64,000 bases of DNA from Tubiluchus corallicola (Eukaryota > Animalia > Priapulida). Shown piece after piece: positions 1 through 13,978 of this stretch. The first letter of the stretch is position 1; each line of letters begins with the position of its first letter. The notes beneath the pieces are model-generated. The model had not been told where the DNA came from. It saw only the letters and a list, made by a program, of their open reading frames with translations, and searched no databases. The position numbers were made by a program, and so were the translations under genes. The stretch is from NCBI GenBank assembly GCA_030141605.1, contig JAQGDQ010000013.1, positions 194,458-258,457 on the forward strand, given 5' to 3'.

Positions 1-36
1 TTCCCGAACCTAATTGTAAGCCTTGTGTATTTGCAG

Positions 37-3000
37 CATGCACAAGTAAAACAAAAAACAGACTTGCAATCTGGACCACCACCGTTGCAACCTATTCAGG
101 ATTCAAGCAAGATTACCACTTTTGAAACTAAGGCATCTATACAGGTTAAGTGCTCTAAGTTTTTTACACTGGTTACATAATGCTGTTTAACTGAAAGTCA
201 GTATTCACAATTAAGCAATAATGGATTAGTGAGGTTGGTGAGTGGTTATAAGAACATTCGACCTCACTTAGAACGTCATGGTATGTCTAGGTAGGAGTTG
301 TTTTCCACAGATTTGCTAATTGTAATTGCTTTATGTAATGTTTTGCCATTAATGTTTCTTCTAATATTTTAAGAAATTATAAATCCTTTACACTTTGTTG
401 CATGCTTAGGTACCAGCTATATCATCTCTAACCCGTGATTCCGCAAGTGGCATAACCATTATTTCCATGTCTCCAAGCAGTGTTACCACAGAGTCTAAAG
501 ACACAGCAAAAAACATTACCACTGTGCAAGCAGTCTCAAAAAATGCTGGGAACACCATAACTGCTCCGAAAAAATCATTACCACCTGGAACAGAAACTGC
601 AAATAGCACTCTGCCTGATGTGCAAATGACAGTTGTTAAAGCTGATGCTGTTCCTACAACTGATAAAGCTGTGCTATTAGATAAAACTGCAGAACTTGAC
701 TGTACCTCCAAAAAGGAGGGAAAGGCAGATGACGATGAAAAAGAAAAATGTTCTAGCAAGGAATCGGAGGATGCTCCGAAGAATCTAGACGAGAATAGTT
801 TGAATGATTTTGATCCAATGAGCATAATGGATTGGAAAGACGGAGTAGGATCTTTACCTGGTAGCAATTTAAAGGTATTGGTACTTTAACAATTTATAGA
901 TTGTGTAGCTAGCATGAAAGAGAAATTCTTGATCATCAGGTATTGTTTTTTGCCTTTCTAAGACCCGCTGATTGGGATTTACCTAGCAAGGAACAGTTGT
1001 ACTAGAAATGTTTTTCAATGTGTGCAGTGTGCAGTGTATATGCTTTGTTTAAAGCAGCAAACGTCTAGCAAAGCTTCACATGGTAGGTGAACTAACCAGT
1101 TTGTAGCTAGTGATCAGTATAACAACTGCAGTGCAACCTCACAACTATTTCTTAGAGGAAGAGGAAGAAAAGGAAACATGGAGGAGCAGAGAAATAAAAA
1201 TAGATAAAAGAGAGGCAGAAGATGAGGAGAGGAAAGAGAGCAAACAGAGGAAACATTGCAGGAATTCTTAGCGATCAAACTTAAAAGCAGGGTTTAACAA
1301 TTATTGTATGTCCAAATTTTTTACCATGGAGGTTATCTTTGTTAACTGGTGTTGCACATACCCACACTGATAAACAGCAGTTTATATCAATGACAATGAC
1401 TGTTTTTTGTTGTATGTTGTCACAGCATGTTGCTTTTTTTGCTAACGATTATTAGTGAACAGGTAAATCAATAAATAACAAGGTATACCTAAACATTTTT
1501 AAACGTGCTTATTATTTATACTTTAGTTTCGCCTCAATGAATTTGGACTGATGGAAGTTATTACTGAGGATGAAGCTAATGAAAATGAAAACAGCAGCGG
1601 GGAAATGAAATGCACTGCTAGTAAGTTTTGGATTCAGTTTAGAGCAAAGTTCAACTAGTTTTCTCAATGTAACTTTAGCACACGATTTGTCGCATAAAAT
1701 GCAAGCAGTACCTCCGTTCAGCTTTGGCCGTGCTACACATACACACAGTACTAGGATCCAGTAAAATCTTTTTTCCCGACAAGTTTTTGTGTGGCTAATA
1801 TTTAGTTGACCTTGCATCGTTATCATTAGAAATTTTTTAGATTGATGAAACAGTCCTTATTGATTTGAAAAATTGAGTCACATCTGTATTATCTTTATTA
1901 ACGAGCGTGAGATTCTCGCGTGTTACTGCTAGAGTTATCTGTACTAGTTTAATGTTAACTAATTACAACACTGCATCAATTATTTTTGTGTTCCGAAGCT
2001 TCACAAATATTTCTATTTCCTATTTTTCTACGAATAAACAAATGTAACAGTCTTGATGCACTTGCTTTTATAGTGGTTTGTATACATCTTATTGTATTAA
2101 AAAACAAGTTCTTGGTATTTTGCAAATGATTTCAATTGTGTATTGATTTAAACTGACAAATAATTTACTAATTTGAACTCTCCGTTTCTGATCATAATTG
2201 TTTGAATTTTAGCTAAATTTAATTTTCTTATTTCGCTTTGTTTAGGCAGTGATAGGAGAACTTCGACTGTGACTGTGTCCAACAGTGATTTAGACTTGGC
2301 ATCGCGTGGGATCTGCTGTTGTGAAAACTGCGGCATGTATGGAATGATCAGCGAGTTTTGCAAATCTGGCAAATTTTGCAGCCAAGCTTGTATCACTGCT
2401 TTTGAAATGTTAGTTGCATCTATTTCTGCTAATATAGTTTCAGACATTGTAAGCCTGTCCACTTGTCATAAGGAGTACTGTATTTATTGCCCTTAACAAA
2501 ACTTATAATGTGTAATGTGAAAATTCTTGCTACTTTGATGTGTAAACTTTTACTGTGTTTAAAATGCAATAAATATAGTATTATATTGCTGTCATTATAT
2601 TGTACGGTTCAGGTAGTTGAATTTTTTAAATAATTTTGACTTTTTTTGTGAAAATGGCATAGGAAACCCCGACCAGCGGATGTTGCTTCAGATGATAGTG
2701 TAAAGAAGAAGAAACGGAAGATGACTGAAGATGGTGACATGAATACTGTTAGTGTTGCTATTAATCATTCTGTCTTAGAGAATAGAATTTATTATGGTTT
2801 TCCCAAATTTTAGTGTTAACTACAATAAACTCTTTTTATAGTAATAATTTTAACTATGGAGTTTTCTTCATATGTTAGCTGCAACAGGCTTTTTGTATGT
2901 ATCGCCAATTTTGCTAAAAATGTAAATGATGAGCAAGATAATATACTAAATTACTGTTTTAATAAATGATTTGTAACTCTTATAGAAACTCTACTAGCAA

Positions 3001-6000
3001 GTAGCAAGTGACCTGTATGCAGTGTCACATTATTCTATAGGCTAGTATAGACTGCACCCTAAGACTCTTCAAGCCAAACTTGATGGGCCCTGCTAAAAGA
3101 TTTTTAAATATAATTTTTTTGGAAACAGTATAATATTTTAATATTTTACGTGGCTGAATAATTCATTTACCTTGAAATAAAATTTCAACTTTAGAAAAAG
3201 GAGGCTCGGGAGTCTGCAAACCCAATTTAAAAAAATGGCACGTTATCTCAAATATAATTTGAAACCCGTTATCCGACATAAGAGGTTCTAGCTGTTTGCA
3301 ATAAGTTTATTTTAAAGCTTTGTAAATATATCACGAGTAAAAAATATTCAAGGTGGATGCATGCCACTTGGAGGGAAGCTGATTTCATTAGCGTAAGGGT
3401 CGCAAAAGGTTATAGTCTGGCTTGGCTTGTACGCCAGTTGTTTTTCTGTTAAATTGTTAAATGAAAAGTATAAACAATAGATGATTTTCAGACGTAAAGC
3501 AATATAATTTTTTGGTTAAAGAGAACAGGCGATAGCAAACAACGAAATTTGTTAGCATTAAAATGCGAAAAAAACTAGTCTAAAAGGAAACTTTTAGAGT
3601 AGTTCTCTGTTAAAATAAATTTTTGAAATGGTGATTTTTAAGGTATTTTAGATTTTTAAGTTTATTGGCTATTCTAACTTCTGTTTTATTGCTTACCCTA
3701 ATTTCGTGTTCTTTTTTTAGATAAATTTCAAGGTAAAAAATCGACAAGATTTGAAGATGACAATCCGCATGCCAAAATCCGAATCTCCAGATTTGGATAC
3801 TGCTGGTCTGGATGGTATCAGCAATGGGTTGCAAAATTTGGGAAAACGAGTAAAGGGCTTTTCCTGGAAAAAATATCTGGAAGATGAGAAGGGTAAAGCT
3901 GCACCTTCAAAACTTTTCAACGAGGTGACTGAATTAATTCTATGCTCGAGTAATGCAGACATTTGTATATCTTTTCACAGTTACTAGTTATGTTCCAATT
4001 CGTAGATTCTGCTTTACAATAGACTCAGCTATTTTCAAGTGACCATAAACACTATAAGGGACTAGTTTTTTTAACTATCTTGTGGATCGATTGTGTACTG
4101 TGTAGTTCTTTAAATTCAATAATACAAATGAGAACTTAATTTGATTTATACTTGCACTAAAGAAGAACTTCTATCTGCTTTAGTAGTCTTTAACCAGTAC
4201 CCTATTCGATACGTAAGCTACTTCTTTGGTGTTTAAGCTCGATATTTTGTTGAAAACCCAAATTTGAAATTCGAGCTGCTTATAGCTTTAAAGGTGATAG
4301 TTTTACTGATGCGAAAGCCTACTAATTTAATCATTTTCAGTTATCAAGTTGTTATTAAATCTATTATTATTAGATTTATATAGTTCTTCATTGGTGAGTC
4401 TATTCCTAAAACATCAGAGTTCTACCTGATGAGTTGATTTTTACTTTCCTGGTCATCAACTTTTTCTTTCTTTTATTTAATTTATTCATATTTGTGATAT
4501 GTCTCTTTATCAGATTGGTCCTACTGTCTTGAGTTGAGTTGAGTAAGTGAGTATGTAACATTACATAGACATGTTGCCTTTATTATTCGAAGCAGTGTGA
4601 AGCATGTCACCTTGAGTGAGTGGCAAGCTGCATAGACGTAGCTTTTATAATAACAGCAGTTTGAATTGTAACAGTTTTGCTTACAGTCCCAGCTGTATCC
4701 ATCGCAGCGGAATGGCTTCAAGGTTGGAATGAAGATGGAAGCCATTGATCCGCAACATCAGTGCCTCTTTTGCGTAGTTACTGTTGAAGAGATACGTGGC
4801 TTTCGCCTCCGCCTTCATTTTGACAGCTACTCGGATTGTTTTGATTTTTGGGTGAATGCAGATTCAAACGAAATCTTTCCTCCTGGTTGGTGTGAGAAAA
4901 ATGGGCACATACTACAGGTCCCCAAGAGTGAGTATTAATTATTGAATATTCACCCTTCTGCTGTCGTTTTCAGTAAATTTTTGAACAGCGGACATTAAAT
5001 ACTGTGTTCTCTTTCCATCGTTATTATTTTAAAAAGTCACTTTAAAAAATAGCAGTGCTAAATAATGTTCACAAACATATTGTTTGGTTGAACATTAGGT
5101 AGTCATTGTCTGTGTAAGTGAAAAGTCAGAAAGCTTCCCAAACTTTCTGGGATTTGTGTAACTGCTGTTGAATGTTTAATTAAATGCAACAGTGTTAGTC
5201 TCTCATTTGTTTATTTTATTTTACTTATTATATGATTTATATTACAAGCTTCCATGTATTTTCTTAAGTTGTCATTTACATTTTTGATCCTCTAGCTTAC
5301 ACCAGTGAGTCTTTCACGTGGGCAAAGTATCTTAAAAGTAGTAAATGTTCGGCGGCGCCCAAACACTTGTTTCGCATACATAATACGCCTGTAAGTGATG
5401 TTCTTATACTGTTTATACTTTTAAAATTTGTCAGATTAGATAAGTCATACATTTTCAGTTTTGTACATCAATTTTTTTCATTTGAGAATCAGGATATCAA
5501 GGATATAAGGATTTTGAAGGTACAGACAGATTTTATTGTCCAGCTAGTTATTAGTAGAACAAATCAGCTAAATTTAAAGTTACTTAAAGGGTAGTGCTTT
5601 CTAATTTTATTCTGTGCTACAAGACCCCAACCACATTACATCTCAAATATAGCTGTAAAAATAAAAGAAAAATAGTAGATAAGGTTATCTTAAATAACTT
5701 TTTTGCTCATCTTTTCTGTGAGATATAAGCAAAAATATGGTAATGAAATCAAATGAACCAAACAAATTTAAATCAAACAAGTAAGCTAATAAGAGTCAAC
5801 AGTAACTTTTTACCCAGTTTACTTCTGTACATTTTGCTTTAGCTGTGATGGTCAATCTTGTTTTAGATTTGATTACCATCTATATGGCATTTAGTATCAA
5901 ATTTTGAGGTTGTGTAATTACAACTTGTCTGTTTACTTATTTGCTCAGCCCTTATGTGCACATTGTTTTGCCCCACATACACTCTCATAATTTGAATGGA

Positions 6001-9000
6001 CTGGGAAGATTCACATGTATTACACTAAAATAAAACAGTTGATAACTGCTTTACAAAATTTGTTTCTCAGTTTTGTTTACAGCTAAACTAATATTTCGAC
6101 GTTCTCTCATATTTTTTTGTGATACTTTGACTGCACCACTATTTAAAATATAACAACGTACAACGTTTATGTAAGTACTGCCTATTTAAGGTACAACCTC
6201 ATTGCCGGTCAAAAGTCTGTCAGTAATTAATGATTAACAATGATCTTTAGTTTAGGCATCTCAAATGCAGATATCATTTATTAGGTGAGCGTCGTGCCCA
6301 GTGGCTTTCGTATTTCATCAAAGCTAGAAGCTGTTGATAAAGCCAACACTGCACTTATTTGTGTCGCCACCGTAGCTGACATTTATGACAATCGATTTCT
6401 TGTACATTTTGATGGCTGGGAAGATGCATATGATTATTGGGCTGATGCTGGCTCCCCCTACGTTCACCCTGTGGGTTGGTGTCAGGAGAATGATCGGGCT
6501 CTGTCACCACCTAATGGTATGAATTCAAAACTTTTTACTTGGTTAATTTGTTCTTTTATTGATGAATTCAAAATGTACAGTCGTGGCCAAAAGTTTAAGC
6601 CCACCTGTGATTACGACATGAATTTTGAGCTTTTTTGATATTCAATACCATATATTTTCCTTCATCGTGGACCGATTCGTACACACGATGGCTCATTAGG
6701 AAGGTAATTGAAAATTGCAAATAAATGTTTGTGTTGCGCATGCGCAGGACTTACGAGATGATGACGGACTGAGGGAAAATATATGGTACTGAATACCAAA
6801 AAAGCTCAAAATTCATGTCGTAATCACAGGTGGGCTTAAACTTTTGGCCACGACTGTAGTGGAACTGCATTTATTCAGGTGGTTATGTCTCTGCCAGTTT
6901 TCCAAATAGATTGTTGTTTTTCTGCAACTTTTAAATATATTCAAAACAATAAATTAATGTAAAGCCTTAGGAGTTTACCCTCTGCCTGAGAGGCATTGGA
7001 ATTGCCTAAAAAACTAAATGAGTTTCAGAGCTTTTCCCCAACAAATGCAGAATTTATTTTGTGCTTTCCATTTGCAGATTGGATAGATATCAAAAGTTTC
7101 ACTTGGGAAAAATATCTAGAGGAAACAAACTCGTCAGCCGTTCCTGCAAGAGCTTTCAAAGTAGTATGTGTATTTTGCTTTATTAACAATGAACTAGATT
7201 TGATCTATCATTGGGAAAAATTTAGTGATTTGTTTTGTTTACTCTTGCCTTAAAATCTAGATTATCTGGTCACAGGCTTCTTTATTTGCCACACTTCTCT
7301 TTCCGTTTTCTTTTTGTGTTTTCCCCCTTTTTCCTTTTTTTAGTCTACTGCCCTGGTTTTCCGTCTCCTCTTTTCTTTTCCTTGCCTTTCCTCGTTTTTT
7401 TCTTCCTCTCTCCTGTTTCCTGCCTATTCCCATTTTTTGCCAACCTATTTTCTCACCTTTTATAATCTCTACTCTCTTTTATTATATCTTTCCTCATTTT
7501 TCTTTTATCATTAACCTGCCATTCCTTCTCTGCCTGGTTTCCCTACCTACCGTTTCTTCTTCTCATTCTCCTCACATTTCTCTGCTGTCATTCTTTGCTT
7601 CAGTTTCATTTTCTCTTCAGTAATATAGCTCAATCATGCAAATTATAATTAAAATCAAATTGAATTTTGTTTTTCAAACTCTAATTTAATTGAATGTCCA
7701 ATGTCCCTTCTTAATAAGCTTAGATAACTAGTATACATTACCACTAAATTTTAACAGTTTGTTGACGTTTCTTCCCATTGATTGATTTTGTGTGTTTCAG
7801 GAGTAATAGTTGTAGATTTCAACATTGGGGCTTGTTAGAGTTGGTCAAAATTCAATAAAATTATGTCTAAGCCCTACAGGGTTTGTGCTTAGCAGTTTTT
7901 GGGTGTCAGTGCAGTGAGATGCAATTCTTTATGTTTTAATGCTTTAATGAAACTCTAGCCTTGTGTCTAAAGTAGTAATTGAAAGCCATGTTATGTCATA
8001 TTAAGGGCAAGTAACTTTTGCTACACATTACTTATGTGACTTTCTCACCATAATGTTGTATCTTCATGGATATAAAGGGTAAACCTTTAAATGCAACAGT
8101 TAAACAGACAAGTCAGAGTAACTGCTATTGTAGCTGCAACTAAATTATATGATTTGCTGAGTAACTTTTAAATGTGCTTAACATCTTTATCAAATGAGTA
8201 ACTAACTCACTACAATTTTTGTTGCTTGTACAGCACTTATATATAATGCAGGATAAAGTGCATATTTCTAAGAATATCTCGTAACTAAAGAAACTTCAGC
8301 TGCCAAATTGTAGGGAAAAATCCATCATGTCACGGTCTCCAAAATATACTGTCACTAACTAGCACCATGAAAAATGGGCATAAAAAATTGCAAAGAATTG
8401 TGGTATGTCACTTTGGGTTTGCACTAGATAGAAATTTCAGTAGACATACAAGTGGAATTCATTGTATTTATTTTTGTGAGCAAGTTTGACAAGACCATAA
8501 TGCTTTCGGAGTGGAATGATTTGGTCAACATTTGTTTGCAGAAAGTGACTTGTAAGAGTAATACACATTTCAGCAGGCATGGCTACAATTATGTAACATA
8601 AGATAAGCTGCAAGCAGTAAGATAAACTGCAATTAATGAAGTTTGTGCCATGTTAGTTTACTGTTGTTGGCATTCAAATTTTTCTGCAATCCTAATTTGT
8701 TCGAAGAATGATGAAACTTCAGACTCTAATAAACTGGGCTGTTTTTTTGAACACAAGTTTTGATGTAAGTCAGATGTTAATTATTAAGCTGATTTTGTAG
8801 CGACCCCCGAATGCGTTTGGCGTGGGTATGAAACTTGAAGCAGTAGATCGGCGTAATCCAATCTTGATTAGAGCAGCAACTATCTGTGATGTAGAAGATT
8901 ATCGTGTAAAATTACACTTTGATGGCTGGAGCGACATTTATGATTACTGGGTGGAGGACGACTCACCAGAGTTACACCCTGCCGGATGGTGCACAAAAAC

Positions 9001-12000
9001 TGGCCATGTTTTAACTCCACCTATTAGTAAGTATCACTAATTCATGGACTTATGTCATCCACACTTTATAATTTTAAATTAGAACCTTTGCAGTGAAAGC
9101 GAAAACCTTTAGTGATTTTCTTGTTGCTGTTTGCATGTTCAACTGTAGTTACTTATTAATAAAACTTTGAGCTAATTTGTTTTAAAATTCATGGAAAAAT
9201 GGCACACATACCTAACTACATAAGGCTCACAATTTCTTAACACAAAACTAGGTAAATTTGTGTCTTAAAAAAATCGTGTTTTTTTAAAAATAACAATGGA
9301 GGTAGGACTAATCAGGCTAACATAGTATAATTTGAGCTGTATAATGAGGGAGTTTTTTGTACTAACTTAATGTAATTACCCACACAGCTGTAAATTGGAT
9401 TTATTATTTTTTATGAAATAGATGCAGCACATTTTATACATTGTTGCCATTACTTAATTATAGGTCCCCAGGATTTAGTGGAACATGTCGGTCAGACAGG
9501 TGGCTGTCCTACACCCGGTTGTAAAGGAATTGGGCACATCAGAGGGGCTAAGTATACAGGTATAAAATTATGCCAGGCATCACATTTCAGTAAAGACTTC
9601 ATAGTATCATTCTAGTTTGCATAAGTATTATTTCGTATTTAAACTAAGACCAGCATTATAAAAGTTAAGTTCTGCTCTTGTGGCTTCATTTTTTCAAGTT
9701 TCGAAAGCCTGTATAATCATTACCTAAATCTCAAACACAACAAATTTTCAGCTAAATATATATCTTATGTATTGTATTGTTAAGATGTAACACCAAACAC
9801 ACAAAGGAAAACAAATGCCAATCCAAGTCACATATTTTTGTTGTCACCCAATGTTACTTTTTGTTTTTTTATTTCACAAGTCAGTAAGTCCCATTGCTTT
9901 TCTAAATTTTGTCTTCATTTCTTGTTGCATTATGGAGATTCAACTCTAATTAGCTTTGTGTAAAGACGAATAATTAGGCCAATTTATCCACCCTGTCTAT
10001 TTTTAAGAATTTGTAATAGAGGTTTCACTGTTGCTTTGTTTTTATGATGTAGGCCACCATAGTGCTTTTGGCTGCCCTTACTCCGATGTAAATATTAGCA
10101 AGATGGGAATTCCAGTTGCTGAGAGGATTGTGTCGACCCTCCCAAGAGATACACCCGAAAAGAAAGAGATTCAGTCCGAACCAAAGTATGTTTTTGTTTT
10201 TTTCATTGCTGTTAATTGCTCAATTGACTGATTGGCAGTATTAGGCTGGCTGGCTGGCTGACTGATAGATTGATTAACTGACTGGTTTGATTATTGTGTG
10301 GCAGTCTTACAAGGTCAAGTCCTTATGAGTAACTCAGGCAATATTTTTCTCATTCAGGCAATTATTTCATTTTTTTCAACGTGGTCCCAAACAATGTACT
10401 AAGATTTGCACCTATATCCTTATACCAAGACTACCAAGATTACAAATACTATCATAATTTGTAGAATATTAGGTGGCCTATTGTTACTTGCTTTTGCCTG
10501 GATGCTCGGAAAGGAAAGAGCAGAGACCATTCTTAAAGTCTCTGGTAAGTTCCACCTTCTGAGCTGAATAAACGTAGAAAACAGATTAGAAAACGTAAAA
10601 ATGTAATTAGCTCAGCTTTTCCTTTGGTGCACAGCTATTAATAAATGAGGGTGAATGTTATACGTTTTTTACTGTGTATTTAAACGTAAGTTCACCTGAT
10701 TTCAAATTCAACAATCACATTTGTCTGAAACAAACAGTTCCTAGTTTTCTTGTTATAAAAGCATTGTTAGTTTCTATAATTGTTAAAAAATGACTGCCCA
10801 CTTTCAGGAAGTGTCCAACTAGTGGCTGTGATGGTTCGGGACATGTAACAGGCAAATTTACAAATCATTTTTCTGTGTCTGGCTGTCCAAATGTTGAAAA
10901 GGCTCACACGCAATCTCCAGTTCTGCCAGTGAGAGGTCGTCCTGGCCGGCGAAAGTATGTTCAATTTCTACTATAATTCCGTAACTTCATCCTTTAATTT
11001 GTCTAGAAAATTCGCGTCATTTTTATCATGATTAATCAATTTCAGAATTACAAAATTCTCTTATTAAGTGCCAACGACTTAATGATTAACGCTAACTACG
11101 TGTTCAACTGACGGTGTGACAAAAGCGCTGTGAATCACACCAGTGTCACAGATACTATTAAACGGAATCCTGTTTTATGTTGTGTGCTGAACCAGGCAAA
11201 TGGACAGCTTCTCATCGTCACTCATACATCTGTTACCGTTTGAATTTGATTCACTTTTGTAGTATTTTAACTATGACTTGTGTTTTCAGGAAACGACATT
11301 TGTTGCTACTTGCTAGAAAGATAAAGCGAGAACAGCAAGGTAAACTTGTTAATTCAGACTGCCAGTGACAATGCTAGTTCAAAAAATAGAATTCCTATAA
11401 CTAATTTGCTGGCGATAAAGGCCATTTTTGCATCTTTTCTTGAAGCAAATCGAGTAGAAGAAAAAGGATAATCACGTGCCTAATTGCATGATGATGGTTG
11501 GCTAAGGCTTTTATATTTGAAACACAAGGAAGACAAGTGGTTAGCTGTACATATTTTTTTTAAGAATAACTTTCGTGAAAGAATTGTTACCGCAGAAGTT
11601 TACTTTTATGCTCACGCCCTATTACATGCATTTCACCATTTGCTAGTTAGATGGACACAGAGCCTGCTGTTGCATAAAAAACCTCTATGTTCGTTTCTGA
11701 TGTTGCATGCATTTGTGGTGAACTCGTATGATGACACAACAGTAGGGCTGTTAGGGAACTTTGAGCATTATCGACATTGATTTCGTGTGCAGAAGACTAC
11801 TCTTCAAAAATAATTTCTGCAGCTATTGAGATAGTTATAGGTAGCATATTTCTATGCACCTTGTATGATTAAGAGTTTTGGAGTTGGCCTATCAGCAACA
11901 GCTTATCTAAAGCTTCGATATGTTGTGTGTTGTTAACATGCCTAGACAATCTACAGCTGTATCAATATGCGCTGTGATCAATAATATTTTTTTATTCAGA

Positions 12001-13978
12001 ACATTTAAAGGACTAAGAACGGCTAATTGATAATTCAAATACATGGACACTGCCACATTCATTTTTAGCACCAAAATTTGTTATAGGGTTACAGCTTGTT
12101 ACAGCATCTGTTGCTTTGCCATAAAACACTGTGATGTGCATTTAGAGATGATCGATAGTTTAAGGACCAGAGGATTTTAAGGCAATATTTGTTGACAGCA
12201 TTAGGATTGACGGTATTTAGTGCCATTCTGTTATTTTCAGTATCAGGAAGCAGTGAGTCGCAGGACTCAAGGCAAAGCCAGATGAACAACTTTGTTCATG
12301 ACTCAGTGTTCCTTCCACCCGTTTCTGCTCACCCTCGCACGGATCTGCCCCTGGGCTGGGATGAACATAGTAAGTTGTTGCCAGAGCTGAATGGATTCAA
12401 GAAAGATGAGGTTACTGGATGGTCACTAGATGATGTTTGTAAGTTCATTAGGAAGCTACCAGGCTGTGCTGAACATGCCGTTGCTTTTAAAGATGAGGTA
12501 TATAGTTTTTTATTTCGATTATGTTTGTTCATAATTAAAGGCTAATTGGTATGGATATATTTATTTTGTCTTCTGTCATTACATATACTGCTGATAACAA
12601 ATACGGTGATGATGATATACAATAATAGCAATAATATGTAAAAATTATTAAAAAAATTAATGAAAGCATGCGGGGCACAGGTAAAAATTGCACAGGAAAA
12701 AATGGCACGGTAAAAATGGCACAAGAAAAAATGGCACGGTAAGAATTGCACAGGAAAAAATGGCACGGTAAAAATGGCACAGATAAAAATGGAAGGTAAA
12801 AATTGCGCAGGAAAAAATGGCACGGCAAAAATGGCACAGGAAAAAATGGAAGGTAAAAATGGCACTGGAAAAATGTCACAAATGGAAGAGTAGGTAAAAT
12901 GGCACAGGAAGAAATGGCAAAGGAATAAATGACATGATAAAAAATAGCATACTTAGTAAAATGAGTTTAGCATTAGGTAGGAGTTAATTATTTTAGTTAT
13001 TTTTACTTCCTTTTTATTTTTCTGCCAAGGAAGTACTTCAGCACTGTTTGTATGTTTGGTTGTCTATTACACAAAAACTACCTAACAGATGTTCACGAAA
13101 CTTTGTGGAGAAGGCGGGTATATGATGCCAAAATGGGCGTTTTTTTCGCAAAACTTGACCTTGTACAAAAAAACATTCGTGAAGCACTTCGTAGAGGTCT
13201 TAAAAGGAGCGTTCACTTATCTCCGCCAGGACAAACAATTATGAGTTAGTTCTTAGTTGGAAAAGTGTGTAACACTGCGTATAACCTTTGCTTATTAACA
13301 TGGATAGCCTTATAATTTCGCTTGGTATGTAAATACGTATATATGTCTGTCAGCCTATTAACATCGCCAAAATTAACGGTTAAATAAAAGTATATTAATC
13401 CTATGTGGAATATTCGTGAATTATTGATTATAATCCTATTTGGCGAACAAAGTATTTTGTGAGTCTTTTGCTGGTCTACATAATACCAATACGGATACAT
13501 TTTTGTATGTTTGCTTGTTTGTCTCAGTTTTATGTTTTTTTAGTCAAAAGAATCAGACAAATAAGTTTAAGATTGTTCGGCTTTGGCAGAGATCTGCTTC
13601 CTACTGAGCGCATTTTAGTTTATTGTAGAAATTAACAGCATGAAAATAACATGTGGTATTTTTACCTACTTTTCCATTTGTGCCATTTTTATCGTGCTAT
13701 TTTTTCTTGTGCCATTTTTTCCGGTCCCATTTTTACCCATGCCATTTTCACATGTGCCATTTTTACTGCACACTCTAATAAAAATGTAAATGTTTGTGAA
13801 ATGCAGCAGTAACTGTAATGTGATTTTTTTACAGCAAATAGATGGCGAAGCCTTACTGCTACTAACTCAAGCCGACATTATCAAACTGTTGAATGTGAAA
13901 CTAGGACCAGCTATAAAGATCTACAGCAGTATATTGTTGCTACGTGGAGTGACGTCAAACACTGCTGAAAGCAGATAG
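37..13978 (+). CDS. L3MBTL3: Lethal(3)malignant brain tumor-like protein (L3MBTL1/3/4 family), 5'-partial; 17 exons in window
   Basis: Exons: 37-144, 410-874, 1527-1620, 2246-2408, 2663-2747, 3721-3924, 4687-4927, 5296-5390, 6285-6516, 7078-7163, 8801-9026, 9464-9559, 10053-10185, 10808-10954, 11290-11339, 12241-12497, 13835-13978 (TAG). All junctions are GT-AG and phases are consistent (2826 nt). Motifs: [15 protein letters not shown]|[13 protein letters not shown] (L3MBTL3/4-like N-terminal motif), FCS finger CENCG..FCSQAC, three MBT repeats ([23 protein letters not shown] with HFDGW/HFDSY), two C2HC fingers ([19 protein letters not shown]; [19 protein letters not shown]) and a C-terminal SAM domain (WSLDDV..FKDE|[18 protein letters not shown]). 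The start codon lies upstream of the window. The paralog label is approximate. Confidence 0.93.
6578..6856. mobile_element. Tc1/mariner-type MITE, 279 bp, in an L3MBTL intron
   Basis: Long near-perfect terminal inverted repeats of about 80 bp starting CAGTCGTGGCCAAAAGTTTAAGCCCACCTGTGATTACGACATGAATTTTGAGC. TA target duplications at 6576-6577 and 6857-6858. Confidence 0.92.
7290..7620 (+). repeat. Pyrimidine-rich (CT) low-complexity tract
   Basis: Almost purely C/T sequence that explains spurious ORF 7235-7465. A complementary purine-rich tract lies at about 1150-1260. Confidence 0.7.
10225..10560 (-). mobile_element. Degenerate SINE-like retroposon with simple-repeat tail
   Basis: The minus strand contains CCAGAGACTTTAAGAATGG, resembling the core that follows the tRNA head in invertebrate SINEs. 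It ends in an (AATC)/(AGCC) tetranucleotide tail at about 10225-10292. No intact A/B boxes were seen. Confidence 0.35.
12670..13777. mobile_element. Foldback-type element: inverted arrays of 14-15 bp tandem repeats
   Basis: The left arm (about 12670-12950) is (AAAAATGGCACRG)n and the right arm (about 13650-13775) is the reverse complement (GTGCCATTTTT)n. Both arms share the variant CAAATGGAARAGTAGGTAAAA. It lies in the last L3MBTL intron. Confidence 0.8.
13015..13620 (+). mobile_element. Helentron-associated (HINE/DINE-1-like) non-autonomous element nested in the foldback
   Basis: Subterminal inverted repeats TCTGCCAAGG (13021) and CTTTGGCAGA (13581), a GTTTG/TGTCT microsatellite-like block, CACGAAACTTTGTGGAG, a short 3' stem-loop (GCTT-cctact-GAGC) and a TTAGTT terminus in T-rich flanks. 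Confidence 0.55.

Noticed and set aside
406-867. 153-aa minus-strand ORF
   Set aside because: Antisense shadow of an L3MBTL exon with no independent features.
8708-8797. C/D box snoRNA candidate (ATGATGA...CTGA) in an L3MBTL intron
   Set aside because: The CTGA lies 8 nt from the acceptor and resembles a branch-point motif; the terminal stem is weak and no rRNA guide is recognisable.
12535-12879. Repetitive F/P/C-rich ORFs and a CRISPR-like periodic array
   Set aside because: These are translations of a 14-15 bp tandem repeat with no unique spacers, in eukaryotic intron DNA.
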